Origin: a virus
Taxonomy: Duplodnaviria; Heunggongvirae; Uroviricota; Caudoviricetes
Strand: one strand, 5' to 3'
DNA length: 28,944 bases
IMG/VR virus record: IMGVR_UViG_2667527522_000007
The notes beneath the pieces were generated by a model that saw only the letters and a program-made list of their open reading frames with translations, was not told where the DNA came from and made no database searches. Numbering within the stretch: position 1 is the first letter of the stretch; each line of letters begins with the position of its first letter. Both the position numbers and the translations under genes were made by a program. This document shows positions 1-9,055 of the stretch, piece by piece.

Positions 1-642
1 TTAATCGGACGCTTTTAAATTTTTATTTTTCCCAGCAGAAAAATTAGCTTTCCCGCTGTTTTGCAACTCAACAAGAGGAGATAACCGTCGGTAAACAGCC
101 AAAAGTATCTTTAACTGAACCAGTTCATCTGCCCCCGATAGTTGAACCAAGTTTTTACGTTGTTCTTCACTAAGTGCCATCACAGATTCAAGTGATTTAA
201 CTGCGTCAGAAACAAGTTCAATCTCTTTAATTTGATTCTGTATACGCAGCTTCTCTGATTTCAACTTTGCCCATTCTCTTTGTCGATATGTACGCATCAC
301 CTGATCGTAAACTTTGTTGGCAGCCAGAATACTTCCACCAACAGCAGTAACTAACTCAGCAATCTGCCAAGAGATATCAATAAGAGCAGACAATTCAATA
401 AAGCCAGGAGAGGCATACTGAATTTTTTTCACTACAGGACGTAAATCTGGTGGAGTCGCACTGTAAGCCCCTCTAAAAAAGTTCACCACACTGTGCCCAC
501 CCTCCCAAGGCATTGTTGAATATCCTCTTGATCCTCCTTTTAGGCCATAAAAAAAACCATATAGCTGCAAATACTCTTTCGTTAAGACCGCGAAATCAGC
601 TAACTCCCAACGATTATCAAGCTCAATTATAACTTTTTCCAT
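1..642 (-). CDS. Hypothetical 213-aa protein, AT-rich, just outside ogr; predicted coiled-coil-like C-terminal half
   Basis: Complete ORF with stop at window start; GGTGG-like RBS before ATG at 642; visibly lower GC than the prophage body; no family recognised by eye. Confidence 0.5.
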   Translation of the reverse strand: MEKVIIELDNRWELADFAVLTKEYLQLYGFFYGLKGGSRGYSTMPWEGGHSVVNFFRGAYSATPPDLRPVVKKIQYASPGFIELSALIDISWQIAELVTAVGGSILAANKVYDQVMRTYRQREWAKLKSEKLRIQNQIKEIELVSDAVKSLESVMALSEEQRKNLVQLSGADELVQLKILLAVYRRLSPLVELQNSGKANFSAGKNKNLKASD

Positions 643-742
643 TTTCCACCAACCTGTCCAACTTTAAAGATTGACTTTTAAGTATATGATAAACATAGTT
701 TATTAAACGTGATCCACTACTTTTAATGAAGAATATTCCCCA

Positions 743-778
743 AAACAGAAAGCCCCTCGACTGAGGGGCTTTCTGTTT
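743..778. terminator. Rho-independent terminator hairpin downstream of ogr (perfect 16-bp inverted repeat, 4-nt loop)
   Basis: aaacagaaagcccctc-gact-gaggggctttctgttt; T-rich run on the ogr (minus) strand side. Confidence 0.6.
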
Positions 779-782
779 GTAA

Positions 783-1001
783 TTACATCCACATAATTTG
801 CTGCCCTGACGGCAACGGGTGCGGTTTTACGGCGTGGACTTCTCCCGGCTTCACGATGTATCGCTGTACCGACTCATAAGTGATGAACGTGGCGCTGCAA
901 TTCACGTTCTGGCACTGGTGATAACGCTCTTTTGTCGTGTCAGTGATATAGCGACTTGTACGCGCATGTGCGGCATGCTGGCATAAAGGACAATGAAACA
1001 T
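783..1001 (-). CDS. ogr: Ogr, C4 zinc-finger activator of late transcription (72 aa; the track ORF is N-terminally extended)
   Basis: Translation from MFHCPLCQHAAHARTSRYITDTTKERYHQCQNVNCSATF matches P2 Ogr as remembered; Cys-x2-Cys...Cys-x4-Cys motif; position next to D. Confidence 0.9.
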   Translation of the reverse strand: MFHCPLCQHAAHARTSRYITDTTKERYHQCQNVNCSATFITYESVQRYIVKPGEVHAVKPHPLPSGQQIMWM

Positions 1002-1083
1002 CGCGAGCACCTCTTCCGGTTTTGTTGATGGTGCCATTTTAGTTAATTTATCCTTATAAAACAAACAGATAAAATAAAAAACA

Positions 1084-2247
1084 TCATTCATCATCTTCTG
1101 TTTCGTACTCCACATCAGAAAGCCTGACCTCAAGCTCTAAGGACGTCGTGAAGCCGCTATTATTCAGAAAATGTGTCACCTTAGTGATTGTCCAGTCCTG
1201 CTCGTCTATGACGCGCTTAAAGCCTGACACTTTGACCGGCGTTTCCGTATAAATATCTGCCCGACCAGTAGCCAGACTGATGGAGAATTCCGCAACACCC
1301 CGTTGCAGCTTATCCCACTTCGCCTGAGCGGCGCGCATGGCCTGCGCTTTCGTGGCATATACCGTGGTCAGGGCAAAAACGTTGTCAGCCTCACCTGCCA
1401 TGTATTCACCTTCGCGCGCTTCCGGTACTTTTGGCGCTTTCTTCTGCGTGACTGGTTTCGCTTTCGGGTGCTCCAGTGCGCGCAGGTGTTTCTCTTTCTT
1501 TTTGCGTTTCAGTTTTACCTTCTGCTTTTGTGGCTTCGGGTCTTTGGTGTGTAACCACTTTGCCGTTACGCCGGTATAGGCTCCACGGTCAGCAATCGCA
1601 AAATGATGGCGGTCGCCGTCGCTGCGGGTGATGGTAATCTGCGGGATTTTTTTACCGCTGGCCGTCACCCCCTGCCCCGCTTTGAGAAACAACAGTTTTC
1701 CCATTTTTACCGACACCTCACCGCCGTTGCGTTCTGCAAGACGGGTCAGGAATTTCGCATCAGACTCCTGCGACTGGTCGATGTGCGGGATTTTAATTCC
1801 TGCCAGTGACGGCGCGACACTGGCTTCCAGCTTATTACGGGAGGCTATCGCCTCAACAATCGCACCGAGCGTGGTGTCATGCCATGAGCCTTCACGGCGG
1901 GAATTGAGCGTCCCGCGAAAATCTGCACTCCGGGCGCGGATGGTGACCACATCCGGTGCGCCCCGGTGTTCAACCTCATCAACGGTAAATTTCCCTTTGC
2001 ATACCAGGGCAAAACCTTTCCAGCCGATATACACCGTCAGGACAGCGCCACGAACCGGCAGCCCGACCTGCCCGTCGGCATCGTTCAGTTCAATATCAAG
2101 CTGGTCAGCCTCAAAGCCCCGGTTATCCGTCAGGGTCATGCTCATCAGACGGTCGCTGATATTGCCGGTAATATCCCTGCTGTCGAGCATCAGCATGTAA
2201 TCCGGCGTCAGCGTACTGCCTGCATCAAATGTCAGTGCATCCAGCAT
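1084..2247 (-). CDS. D: Tail protein D (late control gene D family)
   Basis: 387 aa, same length as P2 gpD; synteny U-D-ogr. Confidence 0.85.
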   Translation of the reverse strand: MLDALTFDAGSTLTPDYMLMLDSRDITGNISDRLMSMTLTDNRGFEADQLDIELNDADGQVGLPVRGAVLTVYIGWKGFALVCKGKFTVDEVEHRGAPDVVTIRARSADFRGTLNSRREGSWHDTTLGAIVEAIASRNKLEASVAPSLAGIKIPHIDQSQESDAKFLTRLAERNGGEVSVKMGKLLFLKAGQGVTASGKKIPQITITRSDGDRHHFAIADRGAYTGVTAKWLHTKDPKPQKQKVKLKRKKKEKHLRALEHPKAKPVTQKKAPKVPEAREGEYMAGEADNVFALTTVYATKAQAMRAAQAKWDKLQRGVAEFSISLATGRADIYTETPVKVSGFKRVIDEQDWTITKVTHFLNNSGFTTSLELEVRLSDVEYETEDDE

Positions 2248-2726
2248 TATCCCGCCCCCGTCATACCCGTGAATCTGGTCGCCATACTGCCAGCTTTACC
2301 GATGAGCGATTCCGCCTGTTTACCGATATCGCCATAAAGCGCGGCCAGTGATTCATCAACGCGGGTGAGCGACAGCGTAAAATCAATTTTTCTGGGTGTG
2401 CCGTCTGCAAAGAAAATACTCCCTGTTTCACTCACCCTGCTGATGACATACATGCCGTAAATCATGCCGGTGCCATCCAGCAACGGCCACGCCCGGCCTT
2501 CCTCTGCCATCAGCCTGAGCGTGGTCATCGTCAGCTTCCCGCCGGTCAGTTCGGGATAAAGCACGCCGGCAAGCGTCATGTTTTCCTCACCCACACCGAG
2601 AAACTGGTAGGCATCCCGTTTACCGATACGGGAATTTGACGGCCAGCGATAATCTGATTCACGCTGCATGGTCTGGTGTGGCAGCGTCTGGCGCATAAAA
2701 ACAAACATACCTAACGCGAGCATCAT
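2247..2726 (-). CDS. U: Tail protein U
   Basis: 159 aa, position between T and D, start/stop overlap with D. Confidence 0.8.
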   Translation of the reverse strand: MMLALGMFVFMRQTLPHQTMQRESDYRWPSNSRIGKRDAYQFLGVGEENMTLAGVLYPELTGGKLTMTTLRLMAEEGRAWPLLDGTGMIYGMYVISRVSETGSIFFADGTPRKIDFTLSLTRVDESLAALYGDIGKQAESLIGKAGSMATRFTGMTGAG

Positions 2727-2740
2727 TTTTCGTCACCTCC

Positions 2741-5188
2741 TTAACCGTCATGCATCATGCTGGCACGGGCGCGCGCACGTTTATCCCGCTCGTATTTTTC
2801 GAGCGCATCCTGTAACTGGCGGTCAAGCTGTGTCCCCGGCGCAGTACCACCCGTCAGGCTGATGTGATATTCGTTTTTACTCTGGTCCACATAAGAGCGG
2901 CCAGCCGGTGCCGTGACCGGCTGATAAGCCTGATAGCCTGCATAAGAGCTGGTCGCCGGAATATAACCACCGCTGCCATACGTGGCGGCTTGAGTTCTGG
3001 CGGCGGTCTGGTCAAGTGTGTCTGACTCTTTGTTGATAACACCGAGTTTTTCCAGTACCCAGTCAATACCGCTGCGCAGTTTGTTGAACGCATTAAGCGG
3101 CAGCATCAGCGCGTCAGCCAGTGCCTGCCCGAACATGCCCCCCGTGTCACGGCAACTGTTCAGGGTGTCCTGAGTGGCTTTGACCGGAGCAATCAGGTTT
3201 TTAAACCACTGCCACGCGGCCTGTAACTTTTCACCCAGCCAGTCAAACACCGGCTTAAGTGGCGTGAACAGTTCCCCCACCGGCGCAAATGCCACTTTCA
3301 GCCCTTCAACCACACCGCCAAAGAATGCGCTGACAGGCTCCCAGTATTTACGGATAAGCAACGCCCCGGTGACAATTGCGGCCACCACGGCCACAACCGG
3401 CCAGCTAATAGCCCCGATGGCGGTCATAACAGCACTGCCAACCGTCGTGAAGACTGCCCCCATTGCGCCTGCTGCCGCGATGATGGCATTGATGCCGGTG
3501 ATAACCGGCCAGGCTACGAGGCCAATGGCACCGATGATGCCAGTCAGCGCCAGCGCGCCACCGGCAATGATGCCGATGGTTGACGCCAGTGATTTGTTTT
3601 TCTGGATCCAGCCGTCGAGTTTTAACACATACTTTGTGGCCGTCTGCGTGAGCTTACGCAGCGCGCCTTCCTGCTGGTCAAACAGGTCAGTCCCCACTGC
3701 CTCATAAGCGGACTGAAACTCTTTAAAGTCACCGCCTAGGTTGTCCTGCATGATATTTACCAGCTCGGCGGTCTTCCCGTCTGAGGCTTTAAACGCAGCG
3801 GTCAGTTTGTCCAGCTTTCCGGTTGAGGCGGCAGTCATCAGCACGGCGGCGGCTGAGCTGGCCTCCTCCCCGAAAATAGTTTTCATGTATTCAGCCTGCT
3901 GGGCAGTACCGAGCCGGTTTTTCTCAAAACTGGCCTGCATTTCTTTCAGAATGGTAAATATTGGCCGGGTGTTTCCCTTGCTGTCTGAGGTTTTCACGCC
4001 AAGCTCTTTGAGTGCATCCCATGCTTTTCCCGTCGGTGCCTGCAGGCGGCTTAACACGGCACGGCTTCCCGTCCCCGCCATTGAGCCTGTGATTTTTGCA
4101 TCATGCAGCGCCCCGACCATTGCGGCGGTTTCTTCAATGCTGACACCGGCATTTTTTGCCACAGGTGCGGCATAGGTCAGCGCATCGCTCATGCCGTCAA
4201 AATCGGCGGCGGTTTTGTTCATCGTCATGGAGAGAACATCCCCGATATGAGCGACCTTATCGTTTGAAAGCTGAAAGGCGGATTTCATCCCCATCAGCAG
4301 GGCGGCGTTTTCTTCCATCGTGCGGCGGTTCGCCAGCGCCATATTCAGCGTGACCGGCGTTGCCGCCTGAATGGCATCAACATCCCCACCCGCTTTCGCG
4401 ATGATTATCTGTGCACCGGCCGCATCATCCGCCGAGGCGGCGGTATTGTCGCCGAGCTGGCGCGCCTGTTTGCGTAGTGCGGTCATTTCGGCGGAGTCTT
4501 TTGCCACTCCGAGCACGGCCTGCAATTCTGAGTTTTTCTGCGCAAACTCATAACCGGGCATCAGCAGCTTAACTCCGGCCATCGTTCCCGCCGCCGCAAT
4601 CCCCACACCGGCAGCGCCCACCGAGGCCATATTTCCGGCCAGTTCCTTTCCGGCCTGATAACGCTGTTTGACTGCGTTAAGTTTTGCCTGTTGCGCACTG
4701 ACACGCGCCAGCGCGTCGCGCTGACGGTTAAGCTGTGCGGTGGTTTCACTGATACGGTTTTTCAGTCCCTGCTCATCATGTGCAAGATTGCGGGTATTAA
4801 TTCCCACAGCGGCCAGTTCCCGCTGCTGGCGTTTAACGGAATCCGTCAGGCGGTTATATTTCGCCTGTAAGTCCTCCGCCGCACGCTTTGCGGATTCCAG
4901 CACTTTCGCCTGAGCACGGGTCGGACGTTCGGTGTTTTTAAACTGTGTGGCAAGGGCTTCAGCCTCCTGCCGTGCCTTTTCAAGTGCATGACCAGTCACG
5001 GCGAGCTGTGCACTGGTCTTGCGAAATCCCTCAATACGGGACGCCTGACCGTTCAGCTCGCGCAGTGATTTTTGTGTTTCCCGGATATCCCCCGACAGCG
5101 ATTTGCTCGCTGTGCGGATGGATTTAAACGGGCGGGATGCCTGGTCAACAGCCCTGAGCAATACCTGTAATTTTACATTGTTACTCAT
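2741..5188 (-). CDS. T: Tail tape measure protein T
   Basis: 815 aa, Ala/Gly-rich with coiled-coil N-terminus and hydrophobic central segments; follows E/E'. Confidence 0.85.
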   Translation of the reverse strand: MSNNVKLQVLLRAVDQASRPFKSIRTASKSLSGDIRETQKSLRELNGQASRIEGFRKTSAQLAVTGHALEKARQEAEALATQFKNTERPTRAQAKVLESAKRAAEDLQAKYNRLTDSVKRQQRELAAVGINTRNLAHDEQGLKNRISETTAQLNRQRDALARVSAQQAKLNAVKQRYQAGKELAGNMASVGAAGVGIAAAGTMAGVKLLMPGYEFAQKNSELQAVLGVAKDSAEMTALRKQARQLGDNTAASADDAAGAQIIIAKAGGDVDAIQAATPVTLNMALANRRTMEENAALLMGMKSAFQLSNDKVAHIGDVLSMTMNKTAADFDGMSDALTYAAPVAKNAGVSIEETAAMVGALHDAKITGSMAGTGSRAVLSRLQAPTGKAWDALKELGVKTSDSKGNTRPIFTILKEMQASFEKNRLGTAQQAEYMKTIFGEEASSAAAVLMTAASTGKLDKLTAAFKASDGKTAELVNIMQDNLGGDFKEFQSAYEAVGTDLFDQQEGALRKLTQTATKYVLKLDGWIQKNKSLASTIGIIAGGALALTGIIGAIGLVAWPVITGINAIIAAAGAMGAVFTTVGSAVMTAIGAISWPVVAVVAAIVTGALLIRKYWEPVSAFFGGVVEGLKVAFAPVGELFTPLKPVFDWLGEKLQAAWQWFKNLIAPVKATQDTLNSCRDTGGMFGQALADALMLPLNAFNKLRSGIDWVLEKLGVINKESDTLDQTAARTQAATYGSGGYIPATSSYAGYQAYQPVTAPAGRSYVDQSKNEYHISLTGGTAPGTQLDRQLQDALEKYERDKRARARASMMHDG

Positions 5189-5608
5189 TCGTGTTTCCGC
5201 TTCGCCGGAGCGCCTTTTCGCGCCATGTGATGAGTTCGGTCAGGCTCATGGGATACAGTTCTGATGGCGGCCAGTGAAATATCACTGCCACATCCGCCAT
5301 CAGGTCATCGACCGAGAGATTTTTCGGGAACGTCACTGCACCGAGTTCGGCGACAAAAAACCGACCACCTTACCGGCCAGCGCCACAAGGTCAGGCAGTT
5401 CCAGCGCGGCGACTTCCTGCTCGGTCAGCATCGGTGCCGTCATGCGCGGCAGCACTTTAATCAGTGCATCGACTTCGGAGTTTGCAACCGCAGCCAGACT
5501 GACACCGCGCAGCGTCCCGGCATTGGGTTTCATCAGCGTGACCTGTTCGATAACCTGCTCACCACGTTTGACCGGATTGTCCAGGGTAATGACATTTTCT
5601 TTGTTCAT
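5181..5608 (-). CDS. E': E+E' fusion chaperone produced by programmed -1 frameshift
   Basis: After the slippery site the -1 frame stays open to a TAA at 5181-5183, overlapping the T start; extension reads ...SELYPMSLTELITWREKALRRSGNTNE. Confidence 0.6.
5333..5608 (-). CDS. E: Tail assembly chaperone E
   Basis: 91 aa ORF upstream of T ending ...GFLSPNSVQ; contains slippery site. Confidence 0.8.
   Translation of the reverse strand: MNKENVITLDNPVKRGEQVIEQVTLMKPNAGTLRGVSLAAVANSEVDALIKVLPRMTAPMLTEQEVAALELPDLVALAGKVVGFLSPNSVQ
5354..5360 (-). other. Slippery heptamer T_TTT_TTG for E/E' -1 ribosomal frameshift
   Basis: Minus-strand codons GGT TTT TTG near the 3' end of E. Confidence 0.6.
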
Positions 5609-5663
5609 GGTTTTCTCACTTCTGAATCGGGGTTACCGGTCAGCCTGGCTGACCGGATGAAAA

Positions 5664-6182
5664 TCACAGGCCGATATTGCGGCGGTGTTGCTCCAGCCGG
5701 TCGACGCCGTTCACCTTCTCAATCATGTTGATGGTGTCAATTTCGACCAGCTCCTTACCGTCCATCGTCAGCAGGAAATAGGTGCAGACCACGGAGATTT
5801 TCGACTCGGTGTCTTCTCCCTGTTTACCCTCGCCGGTGTCGATTTCTTTCTGACGTCCACGCATGACCACCTCGACGGCCACCGTTTCGCCGGTATCGTC
5901 GCGCTGGTAAGAGCCTGCAAAACGAATCGGTACGGCATCCACACCGGTTGCGGCGTAAAGCTCCCAGATAACCGAATCCGGGAAGCCACCGAGCGACCAC
6001 TCCATTGACAGCGCATCGTCATCAAGGCCGAGGTCTACCGGTGCGCTGCCGTTCATCCCCGCACCGCGATAGTTTTCGAGCTTACGGGTCAGTTTTGGTA
6101 GCGTGACGGACTTCGCGACGCCCTGATAGCTGTAGCCGTTCAGAAAGACGTTCATTAACTTGAGTTTGCGCGGCATTGCCAT
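5664..6182 (-). CDS. FII: Tail tube protein FII
   Basis: 172 aa, between sheath and E. Confidence 0.85.
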   Translation of the reverse strand: MAMPRKLKLMNVFLNGYSYQGVAKSVTLPKLTRKLENYRGAGMNGSAPVDLGLDDDALSMEWSLGGFPDSVIWELYAATGVDAVPIRFAGSYQRDDTGETVAVEVVMRGRQKEIDTGEGKQGEDTESKISVVCTYFLLTMDGKELVEIDTINMIEKVNGVDRLEQHRRNIGL

Positions 6183-6194
6183 CGGTCAGGCTCC

Positions 6195-7385
6195 TTAATT
6201 GCTGTTAACCGAGGTGACCAGATTCGCCAGGTATTTATCGGTAATACGCTGGCGCAGGGTCAGGTTTTCGAGAGGAGGCACCGGTGTATAGTCGTAGTCG
6301 ATATACAGTTTTCCGGCCTTGAGGGTTTCCGCATCGTTGGATTCTTCGCTGAACCAGCATGAGCCATCCACGATATAGCCGTTTGTTTTCAGCTCACGGA
6401 ATTTGGCATTGATGCCGTCAACGATGTCGCGAATCAGCGTTGCGGTGATGGGCTTGTCCACCGCCCACATGTGCGCCTCAGCTATCGTGTCGGCCAGCAC
6501 CTGCGCGGTACGGGTGTAGTTTTCAAAGAGAAACAGTGGGTCATCAGAGCAGGTACGGTTACCCCAGAAGCGGAAACCGTCGCGGCGAATCAGCGTAGTG
6601 ACGCCTGACTCGTTAAGCAGGTCAGCATCGGTGCCGGACTCCTGCAAATCCCAGAATACAGATGCGCTGATGCCGGTAACACCGTTCACCCCGACGTTGG
6701 ACAGCGTTTTATGCCAGCCCTGCTCCTGGTCGATTTTAGCGCGCAGCCCCAGCGCACGAGCGGTGGCATACGCGGTGGCGGTGGTACTGGTGACCGTATC
6801 CCATGCGAGGAAATCCGGCCAGATGACCATCAGCTCACGCTGGCTGAAATTCTGGCGGTAGGCTTTCACCTCGGAAATGGTCTTACAGCCCCATGCGCTG
6901 ATATACCCGAAAGCGCGCAGCTTCTGACAGACGGATGCTAGTGCTACAGCCACCTCTTTGGTATCCAGTCCCGGCACACCAAGAATACGCGGTTTAACAC
7001 CGGTTACCGACTCTGCCGCCAGCAGGGCTTTCAGTCCGGTGTACTGACCGTTTTCGTCAGTGGTGCCGATGATATTGGAAACGGTCTGCGCAAGTTTCGT
7101 TTCTTCGTCGTCGCCGGTGCCGTCCTCCACGCGCACAACAACGGTGACCGGTTTTGACTGGTCGGCGATAGCCTGCAACGATGCCGCCAGCGTGCCTTTT
7201 TTACCGGCCTTTGCAATTGCGCTCTGCACATTGGTAATCAGCACCGGTTTATTGAGGGGGAAGGTTTCCGCATCCGCATCGCTGGCCGTGCAGACCATGC
7301 CAACAATGGCAGTGGATACGGTGGAAATGACACGGGTGCCGTCGTTAATCTCCAGCACCTGCACGCCGTGATGATAGTCACTCAT
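6195..7385 (-). CDS. FI: Contractile tail sheath protein FI
   Basis: 396 aa, first gene of the FI-FII-E-T-U-D operon. Confidence 0.9.
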   Translation of the reverse strand: MSDYHHGVQVLEINDGTRVISTVSTAIVGMVCTASDADAETFPLNKPVLITNVQSAIAKAGKKGTLAASLQAIADQSKPVTVVVRVEDGTGDDEETKLAQTVSNIIGTTDENGQYTGLKALLAAESVTGVKPRILGVPGLDTKEVAVALASVCQKLRAFGYISAWGCKTISEVKAYRQNFSQRELMVIWPDFLAWDTVTSTTATAYATARALGLRAKIDQEQGWHKTLSNVGVNGVTGISASVFWDLQESGTDADLLNESGVTTLIRRDGFRFWGNRTCSDDPLFLFENYTRTAQVLADTIAEAHMWAVDKPITATLIRDIVDGINAKFRELKTNGYIVDGSCWFSEESNDAETLKAGKLYIDYDYTPVPPLENLTLRQRITDKYLANLVTSVNSN

Positions 7386-7444
7386 CCGTTTAACTCCGTG
7401 GTTAATGGGTGAGTGATATTTTCAGTTGTGCCGGAGATGTCAGG

Positions 7445-7627
7445 CTATTTGTCCCGGTTGGCTAAGGGATGACACAATTTATTCTTTGTCGCTGATGAGG
7501 GGAATTTTTTATAGAGCGTGGACAGGCCAATATCAAAAATCAGCTCACATCCTGCGCACTCCAGCGCGTTACGCTGCAATTCCGTATTCTGGTCATTTGT
7601 TGACACGCGGACATAGCCAATAAGCAT
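7445..7627 (-). pseudogene. Serine DNA invertase (Gin/Pin/Hin family) remnant with a large in-frame internal deletion
   Basis: 60-aa ORF: MLIGYVRVSTNDQNTELQRNALECAGCELIF (invertase N-terminus with catalytic-serine motif) fused directly to DIGLSTLYKKFP (invertase C-terminal tail); about 130 central codons missing. Confidence 0.75.
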
Positions 7628-7654
7628 GATGGATCCCCTGAATAAAAACCGGGG

Positions 7655-8029
7655 ATGATGCCAGTTAGCCGTAATCTCTGCATTTTCTTAAACGTTGGTT
7701 TGGGAGAAGCGGCAAAACGGAATGTGGGAACAGGGGAAAATCAGATACCTGATATGTCATCATATGCATCAGGTTCAGGCTGGCGAAAAATGCCAGATGG
7801 TTCAATTGAACAGTGGGGACGAATTAGTTTTCCTGGTGAACACGGGCCTGTATCCGCCAATGTTTCATTCCCGATTCCATTTACACAGACACCGGGCATT
7901 GTAATTGTGTGCGATGGTGGTTTCGGGGGCGGGAATATGTGGGGGGCGACCAACTGGAGCACTACCGGCTTCATAGCTCACTGCAATTATGGTCTTGAAG
8001 GTGGTGCGTTTTTCGCTAAGGGCTGGTAA
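7655..8029 (+). CDS. Alternative tail-fibre C-terminal segment (Sv'-like), silent in this orientation
   Basis: Plus-strand ORF entering at site A with ...[11 protein letters not shown]...; Gly-rich tip; stop overlaps the next ATG (TAATGATG). Confidence 0.6.
   Translation: MMPVSRNLCIFLNVGLGEAAKRNVGTGENQIPDMSSYASGSGWRKMPDGSIEQWGRISFPGEHGPVSANVSFPIPFTQTPGIVIVCDGGFGGGNMWGATNWSTTGFIAHCNYGLEGGAFFAKGW
7683..7708. repeat. Invertase crossover site A (gix/hix-like 26-bp site)
   Basis: TTTTCTTAAACGTTGGTTTGGGAGAA; 14 bp (7695-7708) is the exact reverse complement of 9508-9521. Confidence 0.6.
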
Positions 8030-8472
8030 TGATGAAATATCTGTACGTAAACAACCTGGCATATCCTTACGAACTTCAGTCTCTTTATGTTGAAAAAGGT
8101 GAATGGCCTGAAGAAAAAGGTGTTGATATAGACGAAGTAATTTTCAGGGAATATTTCTATGACACACCACCAGAAGGAAAATACAGATGTGTTGGAGAAG
8201 ATGGACTGCCTGCATGGGCAGATATTCCTCCACCAACACGTGAAGAACAAATTGCATCAGCCGAAACTAAAAAGCAGCAATTGATTAATCAGGCCAACGA
8301 TTATATGAACAGTAGACAATGGGTTGGTAAAGCGGCTATTGGTCGTCTGAAAGGTGAGGAACTGGCGCAATATAATTTGTGGCTGGATTATCTGGACGCA
8401 CTGGAGCTGGTCGATACTTCCAGTGCACCAGATATTGAATGGCCTACTCCTCCGGCAGTTCAGGCCAGATGA
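8029..8472 (+). CDS. Alternative tail fibre assembly chaperone (Tfa')
   Basis: 147 aa; C-terminal motif LDYLDALELVDTSSAPDIEWPTPP parallels the C-terminus of the convergent Tfa. Confidence 0.75.
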   Translation: MMKYLYVNNLAYPYELQSLYVEKGEWPEEKGVDIDEVIFREYFYDTPPEGKYRCVGEDGLPAWADIPPPTREEQIASAETKKQQLINQANDYMNSRQWVGKAAIGRLKGEELAQYNLWLDYLDALELVDTSSAPDIEWPTPPAVQAR

Positions 8473-9055
8473 CATCCGGCGCGGTGCTGGTATCTGTTGC
8501 CGTCACCGCGTCAATGTAATCCAGCACCGTGTTAAGTCGGCTGGTTTCTGCCTGCGTCAGATTCCGTCCGGCCCGTAATTTCAGTTGAATCAGACTGATG
8601 GAAGCCATTGCAGTATCAATCAGCGACTGGCGTTGTGCTTCTGCTGCATCTACTGCGGCGCTATGCTGTGCATCGGTATCCGTCACCCATTTCTCACCAT
8701 CCCATTTATCGTATGGTGTTAACGGGGCGATAGTGGTTGTATTATCAGGGTAATCACCCGGAGCTGTGATTTCTTTTGATTCTCCTGTTTCGGTGCTAAA
8801 GACGATTTCACCGCGATGGTCTGGCACATATTCCCATGAGTTAAAATCTGCAGAACGGCAGATTGCATAACCAGCCTTATGTGTAACTGGTGCATCTAAA
8901 CAAGAACATGCCGGGATACCGACGCCAACCGTAAGATATTCAGTTGATGTGGAAATATATTCCCGCGTTTCTCCGTTGTAGTTGTAAACGGTAATGAAGC
9001 CAGCCTCTGTGGCAAATCCGTTTTCATCCAAAGTGATTTTTTTTGTGGTCATCAT
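8444..9055 (-). CDS. G: Tail fibre assembly chaperone (G/Tfa family), expressed orientation
   Basis: 203 aa immediately downstream of H, start overlaps H stop; C-terminal motif VLDYIDAVTATDTSTAPDVIWPELP. Confidence 0.8.
   Translation of the reverse strand: MMTTKKITLDENGFATEAGFITVYNYNGETREYISTSTEYLTVGVGIPACSCLDAPVTHKAGYAICRSADFNSWEYVPDHRGEIVFSTETGESKEITAPGDYPDNTTTIAPLTPYDKWDGEKWVTDTDAQHSAAVDAAEAQRQSLIDTAMASISLIQLKLRAGRNLTQAETSRLNTVLDYIDAVTATDTSTAPDVIWPELPEE

Noticed and set aside
643-782. tRNA gene at the integration site
   Set aside because: No cloverleaf-compatible sequence or conserved tRNA boxes seen by eye; the hairpin at 743-778 is a simple terminator-like stem.
1300-1500. Lysine-rich low-complexity segment in gpD (KDPKPQKQKVKLKRKKKEKHLRALEHPKAKP) as a possible insertion
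   Set aside because: Total length equals canonical P2 gpD (387 aa), so it is probably a native linker rather than a novel insertion; needs alignment to confirm.
1628-2200. Long antisense ORFs inside structural genes (e.g. 1628-2200, 3174-3707, 10726-11337, 12538-13062, 16371-16970, 19308-20018)
   Set aside because: They lie wholly within and opposite to well-supported phage genes in GC-rich DNA; typical shadow ORFs.
7628-7682. Short palindrome ggatcccc...ggggat just upstream of the invertase start as a crossover site
   Set aside because: It lacks the AAACC-NN-GGTTT core; the adjacent 7683-7708 sequence fits the gix/hix pattern and matches the inverted partner in H.
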